Part shown: piece after piece, positions 38,001 to 50,700 of the stretch | Numbering within the stretch: position 1 is the stretch's first letter | Layout of the letters: every line of letters starts with the position of its first letter | Source: Podarcis vaucheri | Lineage: Eukaryota | Length of the DNA: 64,000 nt | Strand: one strand, 5' to 3' | NCBI GenBank assembly: GCA_965113315.1 | Contig: OZ220375.1 | Translations under genes and position numbers: made by a program | Notes under the pieces: generated by a model | The model's database searches: none | What the model was told of the DNA's origin: nothing | What the model saw: only the letters and a program-made list of their open reading frames with translations

Positions 38001-39520
38001 ACCTTACGTATGAAAAGAGTTGCCCAGATGCCAACATATGCAGGAGAGAGGGCACCGTGCTTGAACTATGGGGGTAAGGGTAGAGGGCCTTAATAAAATG
38101 GATAAGCCCCACCTCCTGACTCCTCCCATTTTAGCCAAACCGTGCCTTTTAAAGAGAGGCATCACAAAAAGTATACCTCTCACCCACCCGCCCCCCACTC
38201 CGCCCAGTAATTTGAGCACTAGGAGGGCATGTGAGGAACCACCTTGTGAATTCTTTGGAAAAAGCAGAAGGTGCTGGAAGGGGATTCTGCATCCAATTCT
38301 TAATGACCAAACCTTTTCCGAAGGAGTTCAGGGGCCTGGTTATCAACACCCCCCTGCTGTTCCTCTCTCTTACCTCTGTGTCCTTCCCAGTTCCCAGTCC
38401 ACTATTCAGTCAGTGACTGACTGGTGCCCAGCAAAGCCACCTACCTCCTCCTTGGGCCCACGAGTGCATGGGAAGCATGGAGCCACTGCTGTGCATGTGT
38501 GCACGTGCACACATGCATGCTGGGGAGGAAGGCAGATGTGGCAGGCCAAGAGATGTCTTCTTCCTCAGGCACATGGAGCCAAGGAAGGATGGGGAAGGAA
38601 GTGTGCTCCTTATCTGGACTCTTGGGGTGGCGTAGGAGGCGGCTTCTGGGTTGAGAATGGGGAAGGCGGGGGGAACCCAGTCCTCTGCATCCAGGGTTAG
38701 AATTAGGAAACCAGCCCCCTCTGTCATTTTGGGAGAAGGAGGGGCCTGAGCCAACCAGGATACCTGGGTTCTCCCCCCCCCCCTCTGCTGCTAGATCTTG
38801 GATACATCCATTCCCAACTCATTTTGGGCAGAGTACAGACTCAGAAAGGATTCTGCTGTGCTTCAGCCCTGGCGTTCAAATGGCAGATTTTTCCTTTCTT
38901 TTAATGGTAGATAAATCACTCTCTGTCTCAACATCCCAGCCTTTCCACCCGCTCACAAATAAAATCCTCTTTAACTCCCATCCTACCTGTCAAAACCCTT
39001 ATTAAGAGGCCAGTTTAGGCAAACCTCCTATCAACGCCCCCCTCCCCGCCCCACTTTGCGAGGGAGAGTTACCTCTGTAAGAGCCAGCCTGCCACCCGGT
39101 GGGGAACCTGAATACCTCCTAAGCGTCTTCAAGCAGCCCCTTCCTTGGCATGGTCTGGCTTGGGACCCCTCCATTCACACGTCCCTGGGCTTGCAAACTG
39201 CCATCTTAAGATTCCCTCTGCTGGCCTTCCTGCTGCTGCTGATGAGAGGTGTGGTCCCTCCATGATCATTCATTGACCAAACCGCGCTGGGGAAAAGTCT
39301 CCTTTCCCTCCCCAGCTCCACCAGGCTTTTCAACCCCGCTCTCACCTCAGCTAGCTGCTGATCCAGGCAGGCCAGGCTGGGCTTCCTTTTGTCCTGCAGC
39401 TGACACCCAGCGAGATCCTCTGGCAGACCCAAGCGGGGGCCTGACTCTGGCTCTTCTCACACCTCCAAACCCAATTTCAGAGGGCGCGTGGCATCGCTGG
39501 CGTCTAGGACCCAGACGGAC

Positions 39521-39542
39521 GTGTGTGTGTGTGTGTGTGTGT
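39521..39542. repeat. (GT)n microsatellite
   Basis: Read directly. Confidence 0.95.
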
Positions 39543-39799
39543 TCGGGGAATGGGCACAACCCTGCAATGTTCACACACTGTCGCCCACCCACCCCAGGTT
39601 CTCCAGCGCCCCTCCCCTTTGTGGGAGAATCCTTTTGGGGGGTGGGGCTCTGTTGCTCCAGTCCTCCAGCCCCCAGTGGAAATCTGAAGATGTCTGGCTC
39701 CTTGCCTCACTTGAACCACCGCGATCCACTCCCTTCCTGAAGGATCGAGTGGCTCCCTCCTGCTTTGGGCTCCCTCCTGCTCTCAGCCCCGCGCTCCTC

Positions 39800-42700
39800 C
39801 TAGAAGACCCAGGAGCCTTGGCTCTCTTCCCCACCGCACCCCTTTATGCTCCTCGTTAGTACTGCCCGGGCCCACCAACCACTAGGCGCTCTTCTCCTGC
39901 CAAAGTCTCCTGGCTCCTATCCGCTCCGACTGCCTAGGCTCCGCTCCCAGAGAGTCCCTGGAGAGCCTTCCTCCCACTCGCCCCTCCAGACCCTTCCGCT
40001 CTCCCATGGGAACGCGGGACCCGATCCTGCTAGATCCCCCCCTTCCCTTACGCCGCTTTAACGGAGGCCGTTCAATACAACCAGAAAAAGACTCCGCTCT
40101 AAGGTGAAATAAGGGATCCCTCCCCCCCGGCCCCGCTTTCCTAGCTTTTCTTTTTGTCTCTCAACGGGAAAAAAGGTAGATGCCCTTCAATTGGCTTTCT
40201 TTTTTTTTCTCCCTCTCTCTCTAAAAAAATAAAATAAATACAGACTGCTAAGAAAAGCCAGACGCTGCAATCAAGTCTGTACGCCTCTTGTCTCTCTGAT
40301 ATTCTTTTGCAGTTGCATAGGTTGGAATTAATTCAGAATAATAAGAAGGAAGGTTTTTTAAACAACAACAACAAAAAGCCTTTCTTTCTTTCTTTTTTGC
40401 ATCTCATACTCTTGCAGTCTGGGTGATTAATGCCACAAACAAATCGCGCGCGAGCGTGTACACACACACAGAGAGAGAGAGGGAGGGAGGGAAAGAGAAA
40501 CGGGGGTGTCACTATTATTTTCCCTGCAACCCAGTCGGGGGGGGGGGGAGTGTTAGAGAGAAAGGGTGCTGTTAGAAGTCTCAAGTCAAACCTTGGTATC
40601 GCCCCCCCCCCGGAAAAGGGCAAAATCCTAAATCAAGGGGGTGCGGGCTTTTCTCTCCAACTAGGGACAGCTTGCACATTAGTCCGACGTGTTTCGAGAT
40701 CATCCATATGATGGAGAGGGGCAGTTCAAGCTCCCCCCATCACTTTTCTTTAAAAACACACACACACACGAGAGAGAGAAAGGTGGTGGGGGGGAGGTGC
40801 CAGAGAAGCCCCCTCCTCCCTCCACCAAGCCCCCAATCCCTCTGCCCGTGACCCTGCACAACAACACCCGGACGGACGTTTGTCTCGGCATTGGGGGGGA
40901 CGGACGGACGGACGGGGGTGTCTTAAGTAAATAAATAAAGGGAACCGCTCTTACCTTTTCATGACAACTCCCGAGGACAGAATAAGCCAGAGGTGAATGG
41001 AAGGGGTGCAAAAATTTCTCCGCGTCTGGAGAGAAAAAAAGAGGTTTTTTCCTCCTCTGGTTTTTGCAAAAAAATGATTTTATTTATCATCCCCATTTCC
41101 CCCTCGCTTTAATCTCCTTTCCTCCTGCGGGGAATCAAACGAGCGCTAAATCCAACCAGCCACAGGAGCGGCGGCAGCAGTAGCAGCAACAGCAGCATCC
41201 TCCTCCTCGTCCCCCCACCTCGTCCTCTTATCTCCCCCCCCCTTTCCCTTCCCTTCCAAAAATTTCTTCCCGATCTTCATTCACCGCTCAGGGCCCCCCC
41301 CCCGCCCCGCTTGCCTTCCTTTCCCTCCGCGCCCCCCCCCCGCGCCCTCTCCGCGTCTGTCTCCGTTCAAGGTTGTTGCAGCTTCCGCGCTACACATGTT
41401 GCATCCCAAAGTTAAAGCAGAGAAACCGGCGCCGGGGAGGCGGGTGGGCGAGCGGGCGGAGGGTCGCCTGGGCCGGGAGGGCTCGCGCGGAAGAAAAGAA
41501 AGAAGCCCAAGTCTCCCTTCTTCCCTCGCAGGCTGCCTTTCCCCGAGGCCCTGAGCCTAGAAATCTCCGCATCGCTCGGAGAGTTGAGTTATTTATTTAT
41601 TTCAAAGCCCCCCCCCCGCGGTTTTTCCTTTCCTTTCCCACCCACCCCCCTTTCCCGGGTCACCTTTCTAAAAAACACGCGGCGGTGCAAAAAGGAAAAA
41701 AAGGGGGAGGTGAAGAGAAGCGCATGGGGAGGAGGAGAAGGGGGGGGCGAGCGGGCGCTGATATATTTTTATTCCTTTAACGCAGACCAGACCACGTCGT
41801 CTGTTCTTTTCCCCTCTCTCGCGCAAGGCAAAGATACACACACGCAGACACACACATACACACACACACACACGCCAGAGAGGGTCATTAGCATTCCGCA
41901 CCAACACCACGTCCCCACCAGCACCACGGCAGAGGCAGGTTGCAAAGCGAGGCAGAGCAGGCGAAGCACAGCGCTGCAGTCCTAGGCGCTGGTGAGGGGG
42001 GGGGTGCGGGGAGCTGGATCGGATCCCTGGCTTCCCCGGATCCCTTCTCAAAAGTAAGGGGGGCGCACACACATCCACGCGCGCGCGAAAAAGAGAGAGA
42101 GCCGGCGCGCACCAACCTGGCTCCTCCGACTGAAGTGAGGCTGGGAGCCCTGGGTCTTCTTGGCAGAGGCCGGGATCAGGGGGGAATCAAGGGGTGTTGT
42201 TGAGGGGGGGAACCCACACCCGGGGAGGGGGCTCGCCCCCTCTGCGTGGGAGATGTGGTCTGTCTCCCACGGCCACGCGAGGAGGTCGAGGCGGAAATGC
42301 AACGCAGAGAGAAAGGAGAAGTTTGACAGTCTCCGCTTACTTGCCTGCAAAAATCCCTCCCTCCCTCCCTCTGCCTTCCCAACGTGCCCACAGCATTAGA
42401 GGTGCGAACTGACCCAGAGCGAGAAAGAAAGAGGCGACCCCGCGGGGGGGAGGTAAAAAGACCACGCTATTTGCATATGGTTGATCATTGGGATGTATGC
42501 AAATAGAGCTTGCCCATTGCTTAGCATCGATCAGAAGGCGAGCCAGCCGGGTTGCAGAAGAGTGGAGGGGGGGGGGCGGAGTAGAGAGGGATCATGCCAG
42601 TCTTCCTTTGGCTGCCATCCACCCTGCCATGAAGACTGTAGAGAGATGCTTAGGATGGATGGAGACTGGAGAAGGCATTTTTAAAAAGCAGTGAAAAAGA

Positions 42701-43100
42701 TCGTGCATCCCGCTCCCGTGTTACCAAAGGTAGGCAGTAAAAACAGGTTTTTTTGGTTCTGTCCCTGTAGCGTCACGCAGGATGGAGAGAGAGACACCAC
42801 AGGGCTATGAGAAGCCAAGCAGGGGAGAGCTTGTCACACAGCCGCTGGTGGGAGAAGAAGTGAAGTCAAATAAACGAATCAATGGCTGTGGTAGTACAGG
42901 CCGGGCGTCGTTAGAGGGCGCTGCACGGGCCAGGTCCCCACCTGCCATTTGGTTCCCTGTTGGCAGCCTGGGGAGCGCGGCGGGAGGGATGGGGGCGGAG
43001 TATAAGAGGAAGTGCAGGAGCCACGGAGAGCGGGGAAGCCATTTGAGAACAAAGGCAGGTTTAGTCCAAGTTGGGGAGGGAGCAAAAGAATCCTGTTTGG
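39800..43100. promoter_or_regulatory. CpG island; probable GRIN2D promoter and non-coding first exon(s)
   Basis: Dense CpG/GC content, GC boxes and G/C runs, upstream of the first coding exon. Strong minus-strand donor AAG|GTAAGA at 40955/40954. Boundaries approximate. Confidence 0.7.
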
Positions 43101-43554
43101 TGTTGGATCTTTTGGTGGTAACTGTTGGAAGGTAGGGAAGCCCTGCTGTCATTTAAGTGGATTTATAGCCTGCCATATTTCAGAGACTCATGGTGGGTTG
43201 CAAGGAACATGTCTCAGTCCTGACTGCCGTTGACTCTCCAGGGTTTCAGAATCCGACAGAAGTATTTCCCAGTATTTCCCTCTATGGAAATGCCAGAGAT
43301 TGAACGTGGGACATTCTGCACTGCTCCACCACTGAGCTGTGGACTTTCCTCCAAGCCATCCGCTTCCCTGGCTCTGCCCAAGAGAATTGCACCGTCCCTT
43401 TTTACAACCCAGCCAACACTACAGACACAAAACTGTTCTAAGCTCTTCCCACCTGCCATTTGTAATGTGATTCAGCATCTGCCCCCTAAGGATCAAGAAG
43501 ACAGCAAAGACTCTTGAAGTGCAACCCTCCCCTCCCCACATGCATGCACACACA

Positions 43555-43700
43555 TCATTCGTAGAACTGGAAAGCTGGAAGAGACCACAAGGGTAATCTA
43601 GTCCAACACCCTGCAATGCAGGAGTCGTTTGCCCAACGTGGGGCTGTAACCCATGGCCCTTAGATTAAGAGTCTTGCGCTCTACCAGCTGAGCTCTACCC
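43555..43700 (-). mobile_element. tRNA-Lys(CTT)-derived SINE with CR1-type 3' tail (Squam2-like)
   Basis: AGCTCAGCTGGTAGAGCGCAAGACTCTTAATCT...CCCCACGTTGGGC head joined to a GTTGGACTAGAT.ACCCT...TTCCA tail. Confidence 0.8.
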
Positions 43701-44576
43701 TTCAGTCCTCCAAGATTCATCCATATAATTCAGGCTGCAGCAGAGAGTAAGAGAGGAGGAGAGATTTCTTGCCACTTGCCAAGATTGCTTGCCAACGTGC
43801 TTGCAGGAGAGCCCCAGGTGAATCAAGTGAGTGAGCCAAAACACACACTAAGAGAAGGCACACACACCTTCAGCTTCCTTGACCATCTTGACCTGGGAGC
43901 AAGCATTCTTCTTTGGACCCAGGTGAGTTAATCGGGGAGGCATGGGTGCCATGCAAAATTCACCCATATCACACACCCTGGGGGGATTTTATTGGAACTC
44001 AGGTATGTTCTACCCAGTAACTCACTGTAGTTGCAAAATCTCTTTGGGTGCCTCCCCCCCCCCCCCATGCTTCCAGACCTGGAGAGCAATTGCCCTTTGG
44101 AATTTTCTGTGGAGTGCTAGAATGGCCCACTTCTTGTTCTCATTGATCCCTGTTTCCTTTTTGACACAGTTTCCACCCCAAAATCCTCCACTGAAAATTG
44201 AAAATAGTAATTTCTGGGTCACAGTTTCCTTTCAAAATCATTTCATGGCAGGCTGCTAGTCAATAGCTGAATTATTATATGACTATATATATCAATGTGA
44301 AACATAAAGAGAATAGGTCCCTGCCCTATAGAGCTTGCTGTCTGTGGTTCTTTAAATATGTGTTTTGTTTATTTTTGTATATACCATAACAAAACAAAAA
44401 CAACACTAACAAAGAAATCACAACTCCCACTCAATGCAAAAACTGTTTTCTATGTGAAATGATCAGATTTTGAAAATATCTCAAGGCGTCTTGCCATAGC
44501 AATCCATGTGTGGAGAGTGGTCCTGGGATTAAAAACTTTTAATAAATATCTTTTTTTTTTAAAAAAAGAGAGTGGT

Positions 44577-44703
44577 CCTGGGCATAGCCAAGGGAGGCGG
44601 GGGGGGCAGCTGCACCCCCATCAAGTAAAACAATAGAACTAATTAACCAACTGACCAATCATGTTGGTTCTGCCCCCTCACAAAAATCCTGACTACGCCC
44701 ATG
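44577..44703. mobile_element. 127-bp MITE with 8-bp TSD
   Basis: TIRs CCTGGGCATAGCCA / TGACTACGCCCATG; TSD AGAGTGGT on both sides. Confidence 0.75.
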
Positions 44704-47700
44704 AGAGTGGTTGGTTGTGTTCTTTAGTAGCTGCATATGTAATAAAACCAGACTAATATATATTGAAGTTGTCAATCCAGGTGTTATGTATATGTGTAGT
44801 TCTATGTACAGCCAGTTGTTTAATTAAAGCTAAAAACCAAATCTGTTGGTATCAGGTTTCAAACATATTGGAGATGAGGGCTTTCCAGAACTTTGCAACA
44901 GCCAATAATGCTTTGGCAAATATGAATAAAAGTGAGTCCTTTTGAAATAATCCAGGTCTCTGATTTCCCGAGTTTCCATCGCTTTTGCCCCCTGAGATTC
45001 TGAAAGAGTATCATACTTGGAAGTCCTTGTGATTAGCTACCTCCGTCTCTACTCATCTTGTGGCTCAGACTACAAATTTATTCCTCTAAAACTTTCCTAA
45101 TGGTTGTAGCTGTTTGATATCTGACTCATAAAATGTTTGGGATGGAAGGGAACTTGGGGGATCCAGCCTAACCTGGACTCTTATGAAAAGAAGGATGGTA
45201 TATAAATGCCATAAATAATGGTAAGGATAAATAAAAATAACTCCCTTGCATTGGGACAGAGCCCTTGTGTACCAGAGATGCTCAAAACTCCAATGTTAAC
45301 TCTTCATATGGAATAAAAGGGGTGGGTGTGGGAGACCTCTCTACTTCCTAAATCAAGATGCCACTCTTTTGGCATGTTAACAGAAGCAGCATGCTATAAA
45401 AAGTGGCACAATTTTGGTGCAGTATAGTAATTATTCAGTGGAGGAAAGTATTCCTCATCTGTTTTGGGAGGAGAGCATATCTGTTTTATGTGCAGATGGT
45501 GTTCCTTTCAGATAATTCACATATTGCTGTTTGAGTTTGCTAAATACACGTACCCTAACCTGAGATTGGAATATATTTTGAACTTTGGATCCACTGCTTT
45601 GGAATAGTGAGTAGGATAAACAGCAATCCAATCAATACAGGGTTGGGAGCAATTTATGTTTACATAAAGTTACCATCTTAATGCTTTTTCCTAAAAAATT
45701 TTTAAAAACCCAGAACAACCCAACCTTTGCTTCCCTTCCCTTCACCCAAACCTACAAGCTGTGAAACTCGCCTATCGCCTCCTCTCTAGCACCAAGCCTT
45801 GCTTGGCTCCAGTCCAGTCCCTATATCCAAATACTCACTGAACCCAGAAGCTTTTGTTGGCAGGCTGGGGCAGCTGTTTATAGTTTGCACGCCACCCTAG
45901 TCTCCAAGCGGTGCAAGGTTCCAGGGGTCTACCCGGGGTTTGGTTTCCTTGGAATGAGGGACAGCAGAGACTGTCTTTAGGGTATATGTTTTATATACAC
46001 ATGTATACAACCTGAGTCTATGATGGAGGGGCTCACAGCATTAACAGCGCAGGAGATCTTGCTTCTCTCATTGTCACAGCCTTGGATTCAAGCAGAAATC
46101 AAGCATGGCTCTCATTCTCAGGTGAGTGTGAGCCTGCCTCTAGCCCAGCTCACATACTCTACTCTGCCTTTGTCTTCCCCAGTACCAGCCAGGTGGGGGG
46201 GGGACCCATTTGCCCTCTGGCACAGAGCAACCTCCTTTATTACACTAAGGACCCATACCCAGGGTCCATTATGGCCCTTGCCTGGCTAATTAAAAAATGT
46301 GGAATCCCCCAAACTCACAACAGTATGGAGGTGTCACCCTCATTCCTTGATGCAGCTTTTGCTGGGATCAGCTATTTCTCCAGGGATTCCCCCCCCCCTC
46401 AGCTCCCTTATACTGAGCCAAACCATTTGCACATCTAGTTCAATGTTGTCCAAGTTGACTGGCAGTGGCTCTCCCAGCCCTAACCTGGAGATGGCGGCAC
46501 TTGAACCTGGGACCTTCTGCAGGCAAGGAAGATGCTCCACCACTGAGCTAAGATGCAGCTACCTCCAGGTTGTTGAGAGATGCCTGTTTCTCTCCCACTT
46601 GTGTCCCCCTGCCCCACTTCTTCTTCTTCCACAGCGCACGACTTCTGCTGCAACCATAGAATTAGGGCTGGGAAGTTTGAAACACAGATACCACAAAAGG
46701 GGGAGCATTTTGGCTGAGTCCTTCTAGCAGCAGTGGGAAAGCAGAACAGCTCAGAGGAACAAAGGATCCCTTCTCTATTCATGACACTCGACTTTTGCTG
46801 GCAGGGAACAAGGGAATGAGGAAGAAAGAGAGAGAAAAATAGACACAAGAGAGAATGAAAATGTCCAGCACCAGGATTCCAGCTGCCTTTAATGAGAGAG
46901 ATCTGTCCTCCCTTCAGGGAAAGGAATGGGGGCTAATGGGATAGCATAGGGAAGGAGGGCAGGACTCCTGGGTTCTCTAAGCGGGAGCAGTGAGGTGACA
47001 GGGGTCTAGAGCAGCAGGGGGGTGTTGGGAACTGAGGTTCTGAGCACTCGGGGTGGAGGTAAGGAAGAGCCTGACATCAGAATTAAAAATCCACATGAAG
47101 GAAAAATTCATGATCAGGGGCCAGCAGGAGCACAGATACTTTTACGTCAGATTTTTAAATTCAAGTACATTTGGCAGGCAAAATTCATGAGTAGGAGGCA
47201 CAATTCCTGCTTGTGTTTGCTCACAGATCTTTCCTGGAAATTCCCTGTGGATTCTCTGTATTCTAACGTACGATTTCCACACACCCCCACTTGGGTGTTT
47301 CCCTCCCATATGTATTCTTTTACAGACAAAGAGAAAAAGCCCACATTAGAATCATGGTTGACAGCATGGTAGAATATTCTAGTGGTTTAAAGCGGAGGTA
47401 CTGGAGAGTCATTAACAGAGGGGAAGTGGGGTGTCTTAACACTGGAGATGGCTGAGACTGGTGGTGTGCCTAAGACTGCAGATTGGTGTCTAAGAAGGTC
47501 TAAGATGCTGTGCAGGCATACAGATCCACCCATTCAACACATATGTACACGCTGTGATAAATATCTACTGACACACAGGTGTAAAACTAAGCCACTCATT
47601 TAAAAAAACACCCCTGGGGGAAATTAATGTCAATACAGAAACACACACACAGTCACACACACATATTTATTTATTTTTACATTTTCAGGTGTGTATATAT

Positions 47701-50700
47701 TGAAGGCTGAATCCTAGGAGGAGAATAGCCAGGCGGAATCAAACCAGCATCCTTTCTGTTCAGCATCCTGCTTCCAGTAGCAGGCAAGCCAAAAGCTGCT
47801 GCGTGCTCACAAGGAGGACATGAAGGCAGTAGCTTTCCTCTCTGATGTCACCAGCCCCTGTTCTTCTGAGGTATACTTTATATATGGAGGTTCCATTTCA
47901 CTGCCATGACAAATAAGCTGTTGCTGGCCCTAAACTCCACTTATTTGTCTAATCAGACTTTTTGTTAGAGCACCCTAAGGTAACAGCCATTGCTGCCTAA
48001 TATGGTAGTGAACTCCATAGATGAAAGATGAGCTCTTTGAAAAAGGATGTCCTGGCACCAATCTTGAACCAATTTCTGAACAGTTTTACTGGGTAATCTT
48101 GAATTCTGTTCTTAAGAATTTCCTCCTCTTCACAGTTAATAATTTTATGAATTTCTCTCATGTCCTAACCCACCTTCCTTTTTTCAGAACTAAAAAGCTC
48201 CCAGCTGAAAATGTAAGAATAATTCTCTTAACACCAAGAGCTACACAATTATATACACTTTCCCTGCTGTGCACAAACATTTGCTTGCAGATATAACTTT
48301 TTCACAAGCAAACGCTCACCAGAACAATTCACAGGTTTGTGATACACACATTATACAGTTAATATGAAAGCATGTTTCTAGGCTCTCGATTTCACCCAGG
48401 GCAAAAGAGACACAAGCAGGTGTGTGTACAGTGTGAAGAGAAATATACTAATCTGCACGTGTTTTCATACACATTTGCCAGGTGCTCCCCATTCACACAG
48501 GTGCTTGAATCCAGAGACTCCTGCATACACATTTTTTCTTAGTCTCTCTCTCCCTGCACCCCACTCCTCTTCCGTCTCTCTCGCGCTCTCTCTCTCCAGC
48601 TCCAGTATGGGAGCTTGTGCAGGAACAGTGTGTTCTTTGTAGATGTGGGAACATCATGTTACAGAAGATGTGCAAAATTCTCACTTGAGCCCCCTAATCA
48701 TTCCAACGCAATTAAAACTGCCACAGCAGCAGCCGGTGCAACAACCATCAAAAAAGCCAGGCCTACAACCAGAGTGGAGGCTAGAAAATGTACATCCCAG
48801 ACGACACCTGGAAGTGTAATGAAACGTTAACACTACTCAAACCTATCTGGATCGACTTTGTTCCTGATGTGTGCATCGCTTGACTTCTTTGTTTTGATTC
48901 GTCCTCTCCACTCAGGAATTCCAGGCTTCCAGCTGATCCAAATGACATGCTCTCACCTGCATGCCTTCAGATTTTTTCTTTTTAACCTGACATGACTTGA
49001 GCCTCAGCACTTTTATCTTCCCCAGAAGCCTCTCTTCTTGAGGCAGGCTGTGTAAAGGCAGGCTGCATTTGCTCGGGATTTAGGGAAGACACCCTGTGCA
49101 CGTTTAGAGGCCCTTTTCTCTATTCTTCACCCTTCCAGGATGGACCTTGCATAGACAGCAGGCTCTAGGGCTGAGGCTTGGCTGAGCCCTGTCACAAGGT
49201 AAATCCTGGAAGTCCGAACCCAAAATTCCCCTGCTTTGGCCCACCAAATTTGACTCAATTCCAGAAAACCCCTCATATTTTGATTCCAGGCATCCCTTGC
49301 TTTAATGCAGAAGGCAGCCCTCACAAGCCCCTGAAGGTCCTGAATTCTCCCTGCCTCCAAATGGTGTGTGCTCCTCTTCCACCCCCACCTGGCAGAGACA
49401 TTTCCTGGGACGTATTGGATGCGGTAGGTGGAAGCTGGCTCCCGAGGAAGGGAAGGAAGGCCCATTATGTTTATTGCCCCTATATGAGGAGGAGAGTGGT
49501 ACCATCTGGCCTTGGGGGTCTCTGTGGCAGTGAATGGGAAAGAGAGTGATTCATTTATTCCTCTTCCCCACCCCATGGTGGTTGCCATTGGCAGTTGCTG
49601 CCTAGTGAAATTCATGTCTCCCTGCTTTTTAAATACTTTGTTAATTGCTTTTTCGGATACGCTCTGCTCCTCACGAATGAGGCCAGAATAACTATTATGC
49701 CCTGGGAAGCAGGATTTTTGGGTTCACTGGAAGAACCTAGCGAGCTATAGAGGGAGGGAAGAGTTGGGGGTTGGCCATGCAAGAGTTTGCAGTCTACTGA
49801 GTCGGAACATGGGGGAGGGGGGATGGCACAAAGGGGGGCGCCGGGCTCTTTGGATGATCAGAAGGGGAAGGATAGCATTTTGTTAATTAATCTATAGATG
49901 GGACAGGGTTTCTCTGGAGCTAGGCTTCTTGGCTTTCCCCCATTCCAAGCTTTCTCCCCCTTGTGCAGTTCCACAGGAAGGGTGGAATTGGTTTGTTTGT
50001 TCACCTCCGAGGACCAGATGGAAAACAACATGCCGTGAGCTGGAAAGCCACTGCTAATAGCACATTTTAAATGCATATCATTTTCATACAGTTTATGTGG
50101 ATGTGGCAGGTGCCAAGCAGCAGTCAACAGGGGTGCTGTGCTTATTCTATGCTAATCTTGGAAATAGCATAACTTGAACAGCGAGAAAAAAGATGTAAGG
50201 CGGCCATAGGTCAGTAACTTGGACAGGGGAAACAGCGGGGAGGGAGGGCACCATCCCATTCTCTGGAGATTTCTTTGCAACCCTCTAAATGAAAAAAGAG
50301 AAAAAAGGACGCTTTTAATGTGAATTGTCCTCATATGAATAGAGATTTGTGTTCCTGAGTCTTTTGATCTGCCTGAATGCTTCAACAGCCCGATTGGAAT
50401 CATGTTGTCTCTTCAAAAAAGAAAGATGGGATTGTCAGGATTCAAACAAGCTGGAGGCCGCAAAACATGCCACCCTTTCTCTGGAGAAGACAAAGCTGAA
50501 TCTGCATGCAGACCAGAGGACTTCAGCTAACTACAGGCCTGGTTACCACAACTCGCACCCAGACCTTGAATACATTCTTCCTGAATGGAAAACCAGAGGC
50601 ACAGACTATTGGTCAGACGGGCACCTCTGAAGAAAGCAAGGGAAGCAATTGGGGGCAGGGGGAGGGAAATAGCTGTAGCTCAGGGATAGAAGAAACACAT

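Noticed and set aside
38068-38700. 210-aa ORF and similar long track ORFs (11312-11860, 28838-29353, 34343-34852, 39249-39740, 49127-49615)
   Set aside because: No recognisable domains; they cross repeats, microsatellites or GC-rich DNA where open frames arise by chance.
41917-41938. RE1/NRSE (REST) site in the GRIN2D promoter
   Set aside because: Only the left half (CAGCACCACGG) matches; the GGACAG right half is missing.
43630-43700. tRNA-Lys(CTT) gene
   Set aside because: The acceptor stem and T-loop are degenerate (GGTTACAG) and it is fused to a CR1-type tail, so it is a SINE head.
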